This document shows, one piece after another, positions 9,374-18,983 of a stretch of DNA of 64,000 nucleotides. The stretch's first letter is position 1; the number at the start of each line of letters is the position of its first letter. Both the position numbers and the translations under genes were made by a program. The notes under the pieces are model-generated. The model saw only the letters and a program-made list of their open reading frames with translations. It made no database searches and had not been told where the DNA came from. Source of the stretch: an uncultured delta proteobacterium (lineage in GTDB: Bacteria > Desulfobacterota > Zymogenia > Zymogenales > Zymogenaceae); NCBI GenBank assembly GCA_963735595.1, contig CAVTLK010000001.1, positions 384,001 to 448,000 on the forward strand, in the 5' to 3' direction.

Positions 9374-10723
9374 TTAGTCGGTTACACCCGGCCTCCGGCG
9401 GCGCGGTACGCGTGCTGCCATTCTTTTTTCGTAGGCCGACCGCAGCCGAGGGGGTACAAGAAACGTATATATCAGACAAAACACAAAGACCCCCGCCATT
9501 ATATAGAGGACGGTAATGTCCTCTACGTATATCCCCGCCAGCAGGACCAGGAAAAAGACCACGGAGATAATGGGGATAACAAGACCGCCCGGAACCCGAT
9601 AGGACCTTGTGGCCCCGCGCATCGTGAATCGGAGCCGGATAACCGAGAGGGCCATCACTGTATAGATGATCACCTCGATGGCGGCGGCCACCAGGATCAG
9701 GCGCATATATTTCCCGGTAAGGTGGCAATAGATAGATATTAAGAACGCCAGTGTAAACGCAAAAAGGATGGCGAACCACGGTGTCGCGTAGCGGTCACTG
9801 ATCCGTGAGAATATCCTCGGCAATACATTATCCCGACCCATGGCGTATATGAACCGCGAAAAATTCAAAAAACCCGCATTGTAGGAGGTCAGCGACGCAA
9901 GGCAGCTCATGAAGACAAACGAGTAGATACCGACCTTCCCGAACAATGCGTTACCGACAATAATATGGGGGATTTTTGACACCGCGAGCGTTTCCTTGGG
10001 CACTACCGCGGTCATTCCCGTAATAAAGATCACGTACGAAAGACAGAGAAGCCCGATTGCGATCATCATTCCCTTCGGAATCATGCTGCTTTCAGTGACC
10101 TCTTCGGCCAGCGGCGTTACCCACTCGAATCCGACGTAAAGAAAGACGCCGACGGCCGCCGCCTGGAAAACGTTCGTAACTCCCCCCGTGTTAAACAGCT
10201 CCGGGGCTGAGACGCCTGATGTCGAAATAGCATATATACCGACGACTATCATAAAGGTGAGCATAGTGTATGTCATGATGTCTTCAGCCAGACCGGCGAG
10301 AACGACTCCCCTCAAATTTAGCAGTGCAATGAGTCCAAGGAAAACCACGACCCACGTAAAGGGAGGAATACCGGGGAGTACCGTGGCGATGACGCCGCTG
10401 AGGATATGCGTTTCCGGGCCGACCATAGCGATGGCGCAGCCCAGGTAAAAGGCCCCGATGGCAATAGCGGCCTTTTCCCCGAAGGCCCGCTCAATAAAAA
10501 GTCGAATCCCCGCCGCCGACGGGTACATCCCGTTGAGCTCCGAAAAGCACATGGAAGCCAGGATGCACATAATACCCGCGACAAGTATCGATATCCAGGC
10601 CGACTGGCCGGCGACGAGTATCGCGACCTTTACTCCGGCAGCGTAACACGAAGTCGCCATCGCCATGCCGGCGCTCGTGGCGATCACCGTCCTGAGCGTT
10701 ACGACCTTCTTCAGACCGGTCAT
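9374..10723 (-). CDS. APC-family amino acid/amine permease
   Basis: About 12 hydrophobic segments; ELNGMYPSAAG, YVGFEWV, SRFIYAMGRD. Confidence 0.9.
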   Translation of the reverse strand: MTGLKKVVTLRTVIATSAGMAMATSCYAAGVKVAILVAGQSAWISILVAGIMCILASMCFSELNGMYPSAAGIRLFIERAFGEKAAIAIGAFYLGCAIAMVGPETHILSGVIATVLPGIPPFTWVVVFLGLIALLNLRGVVLAGLAEDIMTYTMLTFMIVVGIYAISTSGVSAPELFNTGGVTNVFQAAAVGVFLYVGFEWVTPLAEEVTESSMIPKGMMIAIGLLCLSYVIFITGMTAVVPKETLAVSKIPHIIVGNALFGKVGIYSFVFMSCLASLTSYNAGFLNFSRFIYAMGRDNVLPRIFSRISDRYATPWFAILFAFTLAFLISIYCHLTGKYMRLILVAAAIEVIIYTVMALSVIRLRFTMRGATRSYRVPGGLVIPIISVVFFLVLLAGIYVEDITVLYIMAGVFVFCLIYTFLVPPRLRSAYEKRMAARVPRRRRPGVTD

Positions 10724-10773
10724 ATCCCTTACCTCGCACTGGAATCCTTTCTCACAGACAGATATCTGATCTC

Positions 10774-10816
10774 ACGGAACGCGCCCATCCACGCGGCGTG
10801 GGTGTGCGCGTTCCGT
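10774..10816. other. Long intergenic stem-loop without U-tract
   Basis: ACGGAACGCGC...CCACG-CGG-CGTGG...GCGCGTTCCGT between two co-oriented genes. Confidence 0.55.
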
Positions 10817-10843
10817 TCCGCAGTAGTTTCAGGGCCGTCTAGC

Positions 10844-11621
10844 CTACGTCTCCTTAATCCAGGCGTCTATTGTGAGCATGAACTTACCAAGGTCCTTGCC
10901 GTATTCAGGAGAGCCTTCCTGCGCCAGGTATCCCAGGACGATAGCCTGGACGAGGTCAACCTGGTTGGTAAGGACCTTTATCGCGTTGTCGACTCCCATG
11001 AATTGCATGTCGATAAACGGGCGCCGTCGCGTATAGAGTCCCCTGCCCGCCTTTGTCTTCCCGAACTTGATCCGAAGATAGGCGTACGGGCCGTCCGGCA
11101 GGCACGTCCACTGGATGACCCTGTCGGGCATCTTTTTGGTGAATTCGTTAAACTCCTCGTAACCCGCCTTGTTCATCTGGGACAGCCCGGAGCTGAGCAT
11201 ATAGAAGAGGAGCTTTACCTTGAGGGCCTTCTTCTCCGGGTCCTTCGGGAGCTTCGTCGGCAGCAGCAACGTCAGACCCAGCAGTAGCGGGCACGACCTT
11301 CAGCAATAGGCCGATTTTCGTCAGCCCCTTGATTTTAGGGACGGCCGCTTTACCCGCGAAGAAGGCATTGAGCTGCCTGGCGCTCTTGAAGATGAAGGCG
11401 AGATCAGGATTCTCGGCACGCTCGAAAGACGTTTTGGGAATTCCATCTTCGAATTTCAACTGAGTGACGAGATCGTCGTTTCCTTTCACCTCGAACTGGA
11501 CAATCTTATTGAAACCACGGTACTTTTCGCGCGTCTTCGGGTCGTCTTCGATCAAGACTTTAACGAGCGGCACCGCGGCCCGAAGCATGATCCTTGCCAG
11601 GATATAGTCTTTGTCGGGCAT
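10844..11621 (-). CDS. Tandem SCP2-like (sterol/lipid carrier fold) protein; one frameshift near 11290
   Basis: ORFs 11148-11621 and 10844-11269 join at GTGCCCGCTACTG. Each half has an SCP2-like pattern (VQFEV..PDLAFIF..NAFFAGK; IQW..PFIDMQF..VLTNQVDLVQAI..GYL..EGS). Fold assigned by eye. Confidence 0.55.
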
Positions 11622-11636
11622 AATGCCTCCTTTTGT

Positions 11637-12656
11637 TTATAGCTCGTCCTGCCAGTCTTCGTCTTCCTCGAATTCCTTCCCCATGACTTCCCGCACCGTT
11701 TCGATGATGCCGTCTGAATCAAGCTTGTAGTGGTGGTACAGGTCCTCGGGATATCCGACCGGCGAGAACTCGTCGGGTACCCCTACACGCTTAAAGGCGC
11801 ACCCCTTTCCAAGGTCCGCGATGACCTCGGCCACCGCGCTGCCGAGCCCCCCGACGATGCTGTGATCCTCGAACGTGATGATCCGTCTGGTATCCATGAC
11901 CGCCTTTTCGATCGCTTCCCGGTCAATCGGCTTGATCGTGTGCATGTTGAGCACCCGCACCGAAAGACCGTCGTTCTTCTTGAGAAAGTCGGCGGCATCG
12001 ACGGCCGCCACCAGCGGCGTGCCGCACGCGATTACGGTAACGTCCGTGCCGGGCCGCATCTCGTGCGCCTTTCCGATAGTGAAATCGAACTTGTCGTCCT
12101 TATAGACCCGGGGCTCAAAGCCGCGGCCTATCCGAATATATACCGGGCCCTTCCAATCGACGCACGCAGTAACCGCCTTGGCGGTTTCGAAACCGTCGGC
12201 CGGGGCGATAACGGTCATGTTGGCAAACGACCGGAGAATCGCCAGGTCCTCGGTACAGTGATGCGTTGTGCCGGCCTGTCCGAACGAAATACCTGAGTGG
12301 GTTGCGATTATCTTGCAGTTCAGCTTCTGGTAGCAGATATCGGTCCGCACCTGTTCACCGGCCCGCATCGCCACGAAAACCGCAAACGTAGAGATGAAGG
12401 GCATAAATCCCGCGAGCGCCAGGCCCGCCCCGATCCCGAACATATCCTGCTCGGCAATTCCAACGTTGAAAAACCGGTCCGGGTATTTTTCTCCGAATCT
12501 TCCAATTTTAGTGGACTTCGCGAGATCCGCGCTCAGCGCAACGATTTCGGGACGCTGGTCACCGAGCTGGGTCAACACATCGCCGTAGATCTCGGCTGCC
12601 GTCATCTTATCGGCATCATAGACCGTATATGTCAAGCCTCCAACTTGCTCTGCCAT
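11637..12656 (-). CDS. Transketolase C-terminal (pyrimidine-binding) subunit
   Basis: SADLAKST, FFNVGIAEQ, GTTHHCTED, GPVYIRIGR, HTIKPID, EDHSIVGGLGSAV. Confidence 0.93.
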   Translation of the reverse strand: MAEQVGGLTYTVYDADKMTAAEIYGDVLTQLGDQRPEIVALSADLAKSTKIGRFGEKYPDRFFNVGIAEQDMFGIGAGLALAGFMPFISTFAVFVAMRAGEQVRTDICYQKLNCKIIATHSGISFGQAGTTHHCTEDLAILRSFANMTVIAPADGFETAKAVTACVDWKGPVYIRIGRGFEPRVYKDDKFDFTIGKAHEMRPGTDVTVIACGTPLVAAVDAADFLKKNDGLSVRVLNMHTIKPIDREAIEKAVMDTRRIITFEDHSIVGGLGSAVAEVIADLGKGCAFKRVGVPDEFSPVGYPEDLYHHYKLDSDGIIETVREVMGKEFEEDEDWQDEL

Positions 12657-12666
12657 GGCTTACCTC

Positions 12667-13509
12667 CTACTTTTTGGCGTACATCTTATCGATGGACTCA
12701 AGTGCCTTTTTCGTCTTGTCCGCGTCAAGCCCGCCGTAGTGCCAGCCGGCGACATCTTCCATGAAGTCGACCCCTTTGCCCTTGACGGTATGCGCAATGA
12801 TGACACACGGGCCTTTCTTATAGGCTATTGCCTCATCAATTGCCCCGCATAGCTTTACAAAGTCGTGGCCGTCCACATCGATGACCTTCCAACCAAACGC
12901 CTCCCACTTCTTTGCCAGCGGCTCGATGCCCATGACATCCTGGCACGCACCGTCGATACAGAACTTATTGTTATCGACGAATCCGACGAGATTCGAGAGT
13001 TTGAAATGGCTGGCGCACATCGCGGCTTCCCAAATCGTTCCCTCATGCTGTTCGCCGTCTCCCATGATGCAGTAGGTTAGCCAGTCTTTCTTCTTGAGCC
13101 TGGCCCCGAGGGCAAGCCCAACCGCGATCGGCAATCCGTGACCGAGCGAACCTGTGGAGGCGTCCACCCCCTTTACTTTCAGGCTGTCCAGGTGCATGCC
13201 GAAGGGAGAGCCGGTGTGGTTGAAATCCTTAAGGAGCTCCTTATCGAAATACCCCTTGTCGGCCAGAACCGGGGCATACCCGATCCCGCCGTGCCCTTTT
13301 GAGAGCACGACCCGATCTCGATCCGCCATGTCGGGGCGCTTCGGGTCGATGTTGAGGTATTTGTAATAGAGACTCACCAGAATTTCTACCTGGGACAGGG
13401 CTCCTCCGGCATGCCCGCCGCCGGACCAGATCAGCGTCTGGATTATGTCCTTTCTGATCTGCCAGGCCTTTTCCGTTAGTTTCTTCAATTCGGTGTCGGA
13501 AAGTGCCAT
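12667..13509 (-). CDS. Transketolase N-terminal (ThDP-binding) subunit
   Basis: GHAGGALS, DRVVLSKGH, STGSLGHG, GDGEQHEG..WEA, DGHD, TVKGKG. Confidence 0.93.
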   Translation of the reverse strand: MALSDTELKKLTEKAWQIRKDIIQTLIWSGGGHAGGALSQVEILVSLYYKYLNIDPKRPDMADRDRVVLSKGHGGIGYAPVLADKGYFDKELLKDFNHTGSPFGMHLDSLKVKGVDASTGSLGHGLPIAVGLALGARLKKKDWLTYCIMGDGEQHEGTIWEAAMCASHFKLSNLVGFVDNNKFCIDGACQDVMGIEPLAKKWEAFGWKVIDVDGHDFVKLCGAIDEAIAYKKGPCVIIAHTVKGKGVDFMEDVAGWHYGGLDADKTKKALESIDKMYAKK

Positions 13510-13671
13510 AATGCTACCTCCAAGAATTGTTAGTACTCTGGATTACTCGTGCTATATCTCTTTTGCGGTTCGGCTTGCCGGCCTCCCGATCGGACACCGC
13601 CGATCCAATCACGGCATACGCCCAAACAAAATCCGGGAACAATAACCGCCGGTTCATACCCGTTCGTACCC

Positions 13672-15081
13672 TCAATCGCCCTCCGGCGCCACCCCTCCTT
13701 CTCTTCTGCGACGTCTGGGCACCCGTTCGTCCGCTATCTTCTTGTATCTCGCTCGAAGCCGCGGCCATACCGTGAAGACGTAAAGCGAGTTGAGCACAAA
13801 CAGGCCGACGATGAAGAAGAGGCAAATACGCTGGTCCATCACATCCTCGGGTTTTACCGGCCCAAAGAGAATAAAGCCCGCCACAACGCTGTAGATTACG
13901 ATAACGATGATCGGTACCGCGATGCCTCCTTTTAATTTAAAACTTCTCTCCTTGTCCGGCTCCTTGTAGCGAAGGCGGATAACACACAGGGCCATCACCA
14001 CGTAGATCAGGCATTCGGTCGCGGCAATTATGAGAATCAGCGAGAGGACGAAATTAGTCATGAATCCGTATACCGTAACCGCGACGCAGTAGGCGAGGAT
14101 GACAATCATGGCGACCCAGGGGGTCGCATATTTCGGGTGGAGCTTGGCAAGAAAGCGGGGTAAAGACCAGTCACGCGCCATGGCATAGATAAATCGCGAC
14201 GAGGTCATGATGCCGGCATTGAGAGACGTCGTAGAGGCCAACAGCCCCATGATAATCATGAAGTAAAGCCCGAAATTACCTAACAGGAATTTGCCGTAGA
14301 ATACATGGGGAGCCGGGATACCATCGGGCGCGAGGACCGGGTTAAGCACCTCCCAGCCGAGGACGGACGTCATGGCGGTTGAAAAGATAGCGTAGGTAAT
14401 CCCCAGGAGGCCGAGGGCAATCATCATCCCCTTCGGAACCAGCTTTACGTCCGTCACCTCTTCCGATACGGTGATGACCCACTCGAAGGCAATGTAGGTT
14501 GATATACCGATAGCTACCGCCTGTATAAATCCGTCGAACGATCCGATGGCAAAGGGGTTGGTGATATGGAAATCGATCGTATAAAAGCCGTAGAGGGAAA
14601 CGAGGATAAGGCCGACAAACATAGTGTAGGAGAGGATATCCTGGGCCATTCCTGCTATCGTAATCCCCCTGAAGTTGAGATAGAGGAGGATCAGTATACA
14701 CGCCCCCGCCCATATAAACGGCGGGACTCCCGATACTCCCATGGATACGGCCTGGGAGAGTATATAGATCTCTGCGCCGACGATGGCAAGCTGTCCGAGG
14801 ACATACACTCCCGAAATAATAATGGCCGTTCGCTCGCCAAAGGCGCGCTCAATAAAGAGCTTGATACCCGCCGCCGTCGGGTACATTGAATTCAGCTCAC
14901 AAAAACACGACCCTGCCAAAACCGCCATGATACCGGACGTCAAGATTGCAATCCAGGCGGAATTACCCGTCAGATAGCTCGCCAGCTGAATAAACGAGAT
15001 ATATGTAACCGATGCCAGGGCCATTCCGGCCCCCGTGGAGATTACCGTTCGAAGTCCGATCGCGCGTCTGAGCTGGGTCAT
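13672..15081 (-). CDS. APC-family amino acid/amine permease (paralogue of 9374-10723)
   Basis: Start placed at ATG 15081 behind AGGAGGT; ELNSMYPTAAGIKLFIERAFG, SRFIYAMARD. Confidence 0.9.
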   Translation of the reverse strand: MTQLRRAIGLRTVISTGAGMALASVTYISFIQLASYLTGNSAWIAILTSGIMAVLAGSCFCELNSMYPTAAGIKLFIERAFGERTAIIISGVYVLGQLAIVGAEIYILSQAVSMGVSGVPPFIWAGACILILLYLNFRGITIAGMAQDILSYTMFVGLILVSLYGFYTIDFHITNPFAIGSFDGFIQAVAIGISTYIAFEWVITVSEEVTDVKLVPKGMMIALGLLGITYAIFSTAMTSVLGWEVLNPVLAPDGIPAPHVFYGKFLLGNFGLYFMIIMGLLASTTSLNAGIMTSSRFIYAMARDWSLPRFLAKLHPKYATPWVAMIVILAYCVAVTVYGFMTNFVLSLILIIAATECLIYVVMALCVIRLRYKEPDKERSFKLKGGIAVPIIVIVIYSVVAGFILFGPVKPEDVMDQRICLFFIVGLFVLNSLYVFTVWPRLRARYKKIADERVPRRRRREGGVAPEGD

Positions 15082-15150
15082 GAATCGTACCTCCTGCGTT
15101 TTCTGATCACGGTGATAAATATCATTGAAGATACGTATCACACGGCTATT

Positions 15151-16506
15151 CTATGTAGCTTTTCCGGACCTTCTCCGGCGTTTCCCTGCACCCGGTACAT
15201 CGTCTCCCGGCACACTGCCGGGACCATTGTTTTCCTCCTGTTTTGTGATTTCCGCGAGCGACCGGTCGAACGCCTCCAGCACAAAATCGACCTCCTGCTC
15301 GGTAATCACAAGGGTCGGCATAATACGAATGATCCGCGGATTATTGAAGGTATAGATCGATATAACGCCGTTTTGTTTGAGCTGGTAGGCCATACGGGGG
15401 CCGATACTGTCCTCGGGAAACTCCATGCCGAGCATCAATCCCCTGCCCCGGACGTCCAGCACGAGGCTCGGGTACTTATCCTTCAGCGTGGAGAGGCCCT
15501 TTTTGAACCGATCTCCCATGCGGGCCGCGTGTCCCGGCAGGTCGTTCTTCTCAATATACTCAATCGTCGCCAATGCCACGAGGCATGCCAGCGACGTCCC
15601 TCCGAAGGAATTGATGATAATGAAGGGGTGCGTCATGAGAAATTCAGCGATTTCCTCGGTAAAAACCGCACACGACAGGGGATACAATCCGCCCGATAGC
15701 GATTTTGCCAGGACCATAATGTCGGGCGCAACCCCCGAGTATTCGGCGCAAAACATCTTACCGGTGCGGCCGAATCCGGTCTGGACCTCGTCAAAGACCA
15801 GGAGAATCTCATTTTCCGTACAGAGCTCTCTCAATTGACGCAGATACCGATCGTCGGCGGGAATGATACCCCCCTCCCCCTGGATGGGCTCCAGCAGCAC
15901 CGCCGCCGTTTCTTCGGTAATCGCCTCTTCTACCGCCCCGATATCGTTGTATCGGACGTGCCGGTAACCGGGCGTCAGCGGGGCAAAGGGCTTTTTATAC
16001 ACGTCCCGTCCGGTGGCCGGAAGGGCAAAACCGGTAACCCCGTGGTAACCGTTTTCCATGCAGATGATCTCGGTCTTATCGGTATGTCCGCGCGCGAGCT
16101 TTACGGCCACCTCAATGGCCTCTCCGCCGCCGCAGCAAAACAGCGAGTATTTCAGATCCCCGGGAGTGATCTGGGCGAGCTTTTTTGCCAGAAGCCCCCG
16201 TTCCCTCACGATCGATATCCAGCCGCCCATGTCGTAGGTATCCAGCGCCTTCTTGAGGCCTTCAACGATCTCCGTATTATGCCTGCCGACGTTGAATATC
16301 CCCGCCCCGGTGACGCAATCGATATATTTTTGCCCCGAGATATCCCAGACCGACGCGCCCTCCCGCCTCCCCTCAATAATGTCGAGGCTGGCATTTTTAA
16401 ACATCCGCAGCGCGAAGGGATTTACGTACTGCCGGTAGTTCTCCTCGGTCTCCTTTCTGATTTCATCCACGTTAGTCTGAGAGAGGATGTCGTCGATTAT
16501 TGACAT
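15151..16506 (-). CDS. Class III PLP aminotransferase (putrescine/ornithine aminotransferase-like)
   Basis: YHGVT, EPIQGEGG, FDEVQTGFGRTG, AKSLSGG (PLP lysine). Start likely ATG 16506; extreme C-terminus may be frameshifted. Confidence 0.9.
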   Translation of the reverse strand: MSIIDDILSQTNVDEIRKETEENYRQYVNPFALRMFKNASLDIIEGRREGASVWDISGQKYIDCVTGAGIFNVGRHNTEIVEGLKKALDTYDMGGWISIVRERGLLAKKLAQITPGDLKYSLFCCGGGEAIEVAVKLARGHTDKTEIICMENGYHGVTGFALPATGRDVYKKPFAPLTPGYRHVRYNDIGAVEEAITEETAAVLLEPIQGEGGIIPADDRYLRQLRELCTENEILLVFDEVQTGFGRTGKMFCAEYSGVAPDIMVLAKSLSGGLYPLSCAVFTEEIAEFLMTHPFIIINSFGGTSLACLVALATIEYIEKNDLPGHAARMGDRFKKGLSTLKDKYPSLVLDVRGRGLMLGMEFPEDSIGPRMAYQLKQNGVISIYTFNNPRIIRIMPTLVITEQEVDFVLEAFDRSLAEITKQEENNGPGSVPGDDVPGAGKRRRRSGKAT

Positions 16507-16507
16507 A

Positions 16508-16867
16508 TCAGACCTCGGGCCAGATAACGGCCGATATGACGTCGATGCGCATGACATCCTCCTGGGTCCCCTTGACCTTGATCTCGCCCCTCAGGTACTT
16601 CTGGGTGGGATTTATATCTCCCCAGAACATGTCGCACATCGTTTCGCTGTCCGTCTCCACGATGATATCGGGCGTTCCGTCCGACCCCTTGTCGTTCTTC
16701 ACGATCTCACCTTCTACCACCTTCATGGTAAAGGAATCACCCGTGTCGACGGCCTTGAAATGGAGCAGCTTAGTCCAGTCTCGCTGCATTTTGCGCAGGC
16801 GCTTATTGGTGTTGCACTGCTCCGTGAAATCGGCCAAGGCTTCCCATATCTCGTCAGCGGTCGCCAT
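16508..16867 (-). CDS. SCP2 sterol/lipid-binding domain protein
   Basis: 119 aa; PDIIVETDSETMCDMFWGDINPTQKYLRGEIKVKG is the SCP2 C-terminal pattern. Confidence 0.85.
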   Translation of the reverse strand: MATADEIWEALADFTEQCNTNKRLRKMQRDWTKLLHFKAVDTGDSFTMKVVEGEIVKNDKGSDGTPDIIVETDSETMCDMFWGDINPTQKYLRGEIKVKGTQEDVMRIDVISAVIWPEV

Positions 16868-16885
16868 ACAAGAACCTCCTGTCTA

Positions 16886-18165
16886 TTAGTACTTTTCTAT
16901 TCCGCCCTGTTTCATTATCTCGACCATCGATTTATCGAGGGCATCTAAGACAAAGTCAACCTCCTCGGGCGTGATCACCAGCGACGGCATTATCCTCATC
17001 ACCGAGGGCTCGTTGCCGGTATAGATAGCCATAACACCATGCTGCGCCAGCTGGTAGCTCATCCGCGGACCGATGCTGTCGTTGGTGTACTGTAATCCCA
17101 TCATAAGGCCTTTACGCCTCACCTCCGTGAGAAGCTCGGGGTATTTCTTGATCAGCTCATCGAAACCTTTTTGGAAGCGCTCTCCCATCTTTGCCGCATG
17201 CTCGGGGAGCTTGTTTTTTATGAGATAGTCAATAACCGCCAGCCCGACTATACAGCCGATATCCGATCCGCCGAAGGTAGACAGATGGGTAAAGGCGTGC
17301 GTCATGACGAAATCGCCCAACTCCTCCCGGTAGATTGTCGCAGAGATCGGATAGAGCGCCCCCCCAGTGATTTGGCGACGGTAATGATATCCGGAACGAC
17401 GCCGGAATGCTCGCAGCAAAACATCTTTCCCGTCCGCCCGAATCCGGTTTGAATCTCGTCGAAGATAAGCATCACATCATGGTCGTCGCAGAGCTTTCTC
17501 ATGCCTTTTACGTAATCGTCTGTTGCAAGGTGAATACCCCCCTCCCCCTGCACAAGCTCGATGATAATCGCCGCCGTATCCTCGGTGATCGCCTCTTCCA
17601 GCGCCGAGAGGTTATTATACGGGACATGTTTATACCCCGGCACCATCGGGCCGAAGGGCTTCCGGTATTCATCCCGGCCGATCGCCGCCAGTGAAAATCC
17701 CGTATGTCCGTGGTAGGCCTTGATCGTCGAGATTATCTCGTTTTTCATGGTATAGCCGCGGGCGAGTTTTATGGCAAAATCATTGGCCTCCCCGCCGCCC
17801 GACCCGTACATGACATACTGGAGGTCGCCGGGCGTGATCTCGGCGAGACGCTTGGCCAGGTCGGCCTTGGGCTTGCTGCAGAGCAGAAAGACGCCGAGAT
17901 CATAGTCGTCCAGCGCCTTTTTCAGGGCATCGATAATCTCGGGGTTTCTCCTGCCGACGTTAAATGATCCCGCGGACGTGATGCAATCGATGTACTTCTT
18001 CCCGGTAATGTCCCAGACGGCCGCTCCCTCGCGCTTCCCCTCTATGATATCCAACCCGGCGTTTTTCAATACCCGTGCCTTCTGCGGATTGACGTATCGC
18101 GAGAAGTCAGCCAGCGCTTGTTTCTTTATTTCCTCCAGCTTTTCCTTGGAATCCTTACCGCCCAT
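16886..18165 (-). CDS. Class III PLP aminotransferase, second paralogue; one frameshift in the G7 run near 17360
   Basis: YHGHT, ELVQGEGG, FDEIQTGFGRTG, AKSLGG, then ALYPISA and STFGG in the adjacent frame. Confidence 0.88.
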
Positions 18166-18296
18166 GTTTTTCTCCGTACTAGATCCTTTCAAAATAGTGT
18201 GCTATATGTCTATGAAAATATCTATTTATCACGAGACCGGCACGTATCTATTGCATCAACCTCGCTCTTTCGCTCAATATCTCGCGCCAAAACGCC

Positions 18297-18956
18297 CTAT
18301 TTCGGTGATCGTGCCATGACTCCTCTCAGCAGTATTTCCAGCTGAGAGGCAACCAGCGCTTCCAGGTTCAGATTAAAGCCCTTCAGATACCCCATGAGAT
18401 CAAGGATGAGTATCCCCTCTAATCCCGCCCAGAGATTAAAGCTGGCCTCTATGCTGTTAAGGTCGGATGAAAAATCTCCGGCGGACATCCCATCTGCCAC
18501 AACGCCTTCGATGATAGTAACGGCCTGGGTCGTTAAATCTCTGAGCCGTTCTCTGAGATGCTCCGATTGACCCCGCTTGGTGAAACCAAGATCATGAAAA
18601 GTGAGCATCTCGAAATATTCGGTGTAGTCGGTATAGAAGGTAACGTACTGGCGGGCGACGGCCCGTATGCGGTCTTGCGGCGTGCCGTCTATCAGGGCTG
18701 CCTTTTTAATGAGGCCGATAACTACCATGAAGGCCTCTTCGCAGACTTTCTCGTAGATCTCGTCTTTTCCGGAGAAATAGACGTAGATCGCCCCGGTGGA
18801 AAGCTCCGCGCCAAGGGCTACATCCCGCATCGTGGCGCCGAGGTAGCCCTTTTCGAGAAATAGTTTGCGCGCGGAATTCAGGATGCGCTCTACACGCTCC
18901 TGCTTTTCGACCTCAATCCGTTGAGCGATGACGCTTTCCATATGCAGGACACTCAA
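18297..18956 (-). CDS. TetR/AcrR-family transcriptional regulator
   Basis: ILNSARKLFLEKGY..ATMRDVA..AELSTGAIYVYFSGKDEI. Confidence 0.93.
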   Translation of the reverse strand: MSVLHMESVIAQRIEVEKQERVERILNSARKLFLEKGYLGATMRDVALGAELSTGAIYVYFSGKDEIYEKVCEEAFMVVIGLIKKAALIDGTPQDRIRAVARQYVTFYTDYTEYFEMLTFHDLGFTKRGQSEHLRERLRDLTTQAVTIIEGVVADGMSAGDFSSDLNSIEASFNLWAGLEGILILDLMGYLKGFNLNLEALVASQLEILLRGVMARSPK

Positions 18957-18983
18957 TGGGAATTACTAAAAAGGCCGGTCATG

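Noticed and set aside
13514..13660. Possible small ORF between the permease and transketolase N (MNRRLLFPDF...)
   Set aside because: No recognisable motif and the frame is ambiguous; it could be a frameshifted small membrane protein but I cannot support it.
18238..18256. Sigma54-like GGCAC..TTGC upstream of the aminotransferase
   Set aside because: Wrong strand for the operon and wrong spacing.
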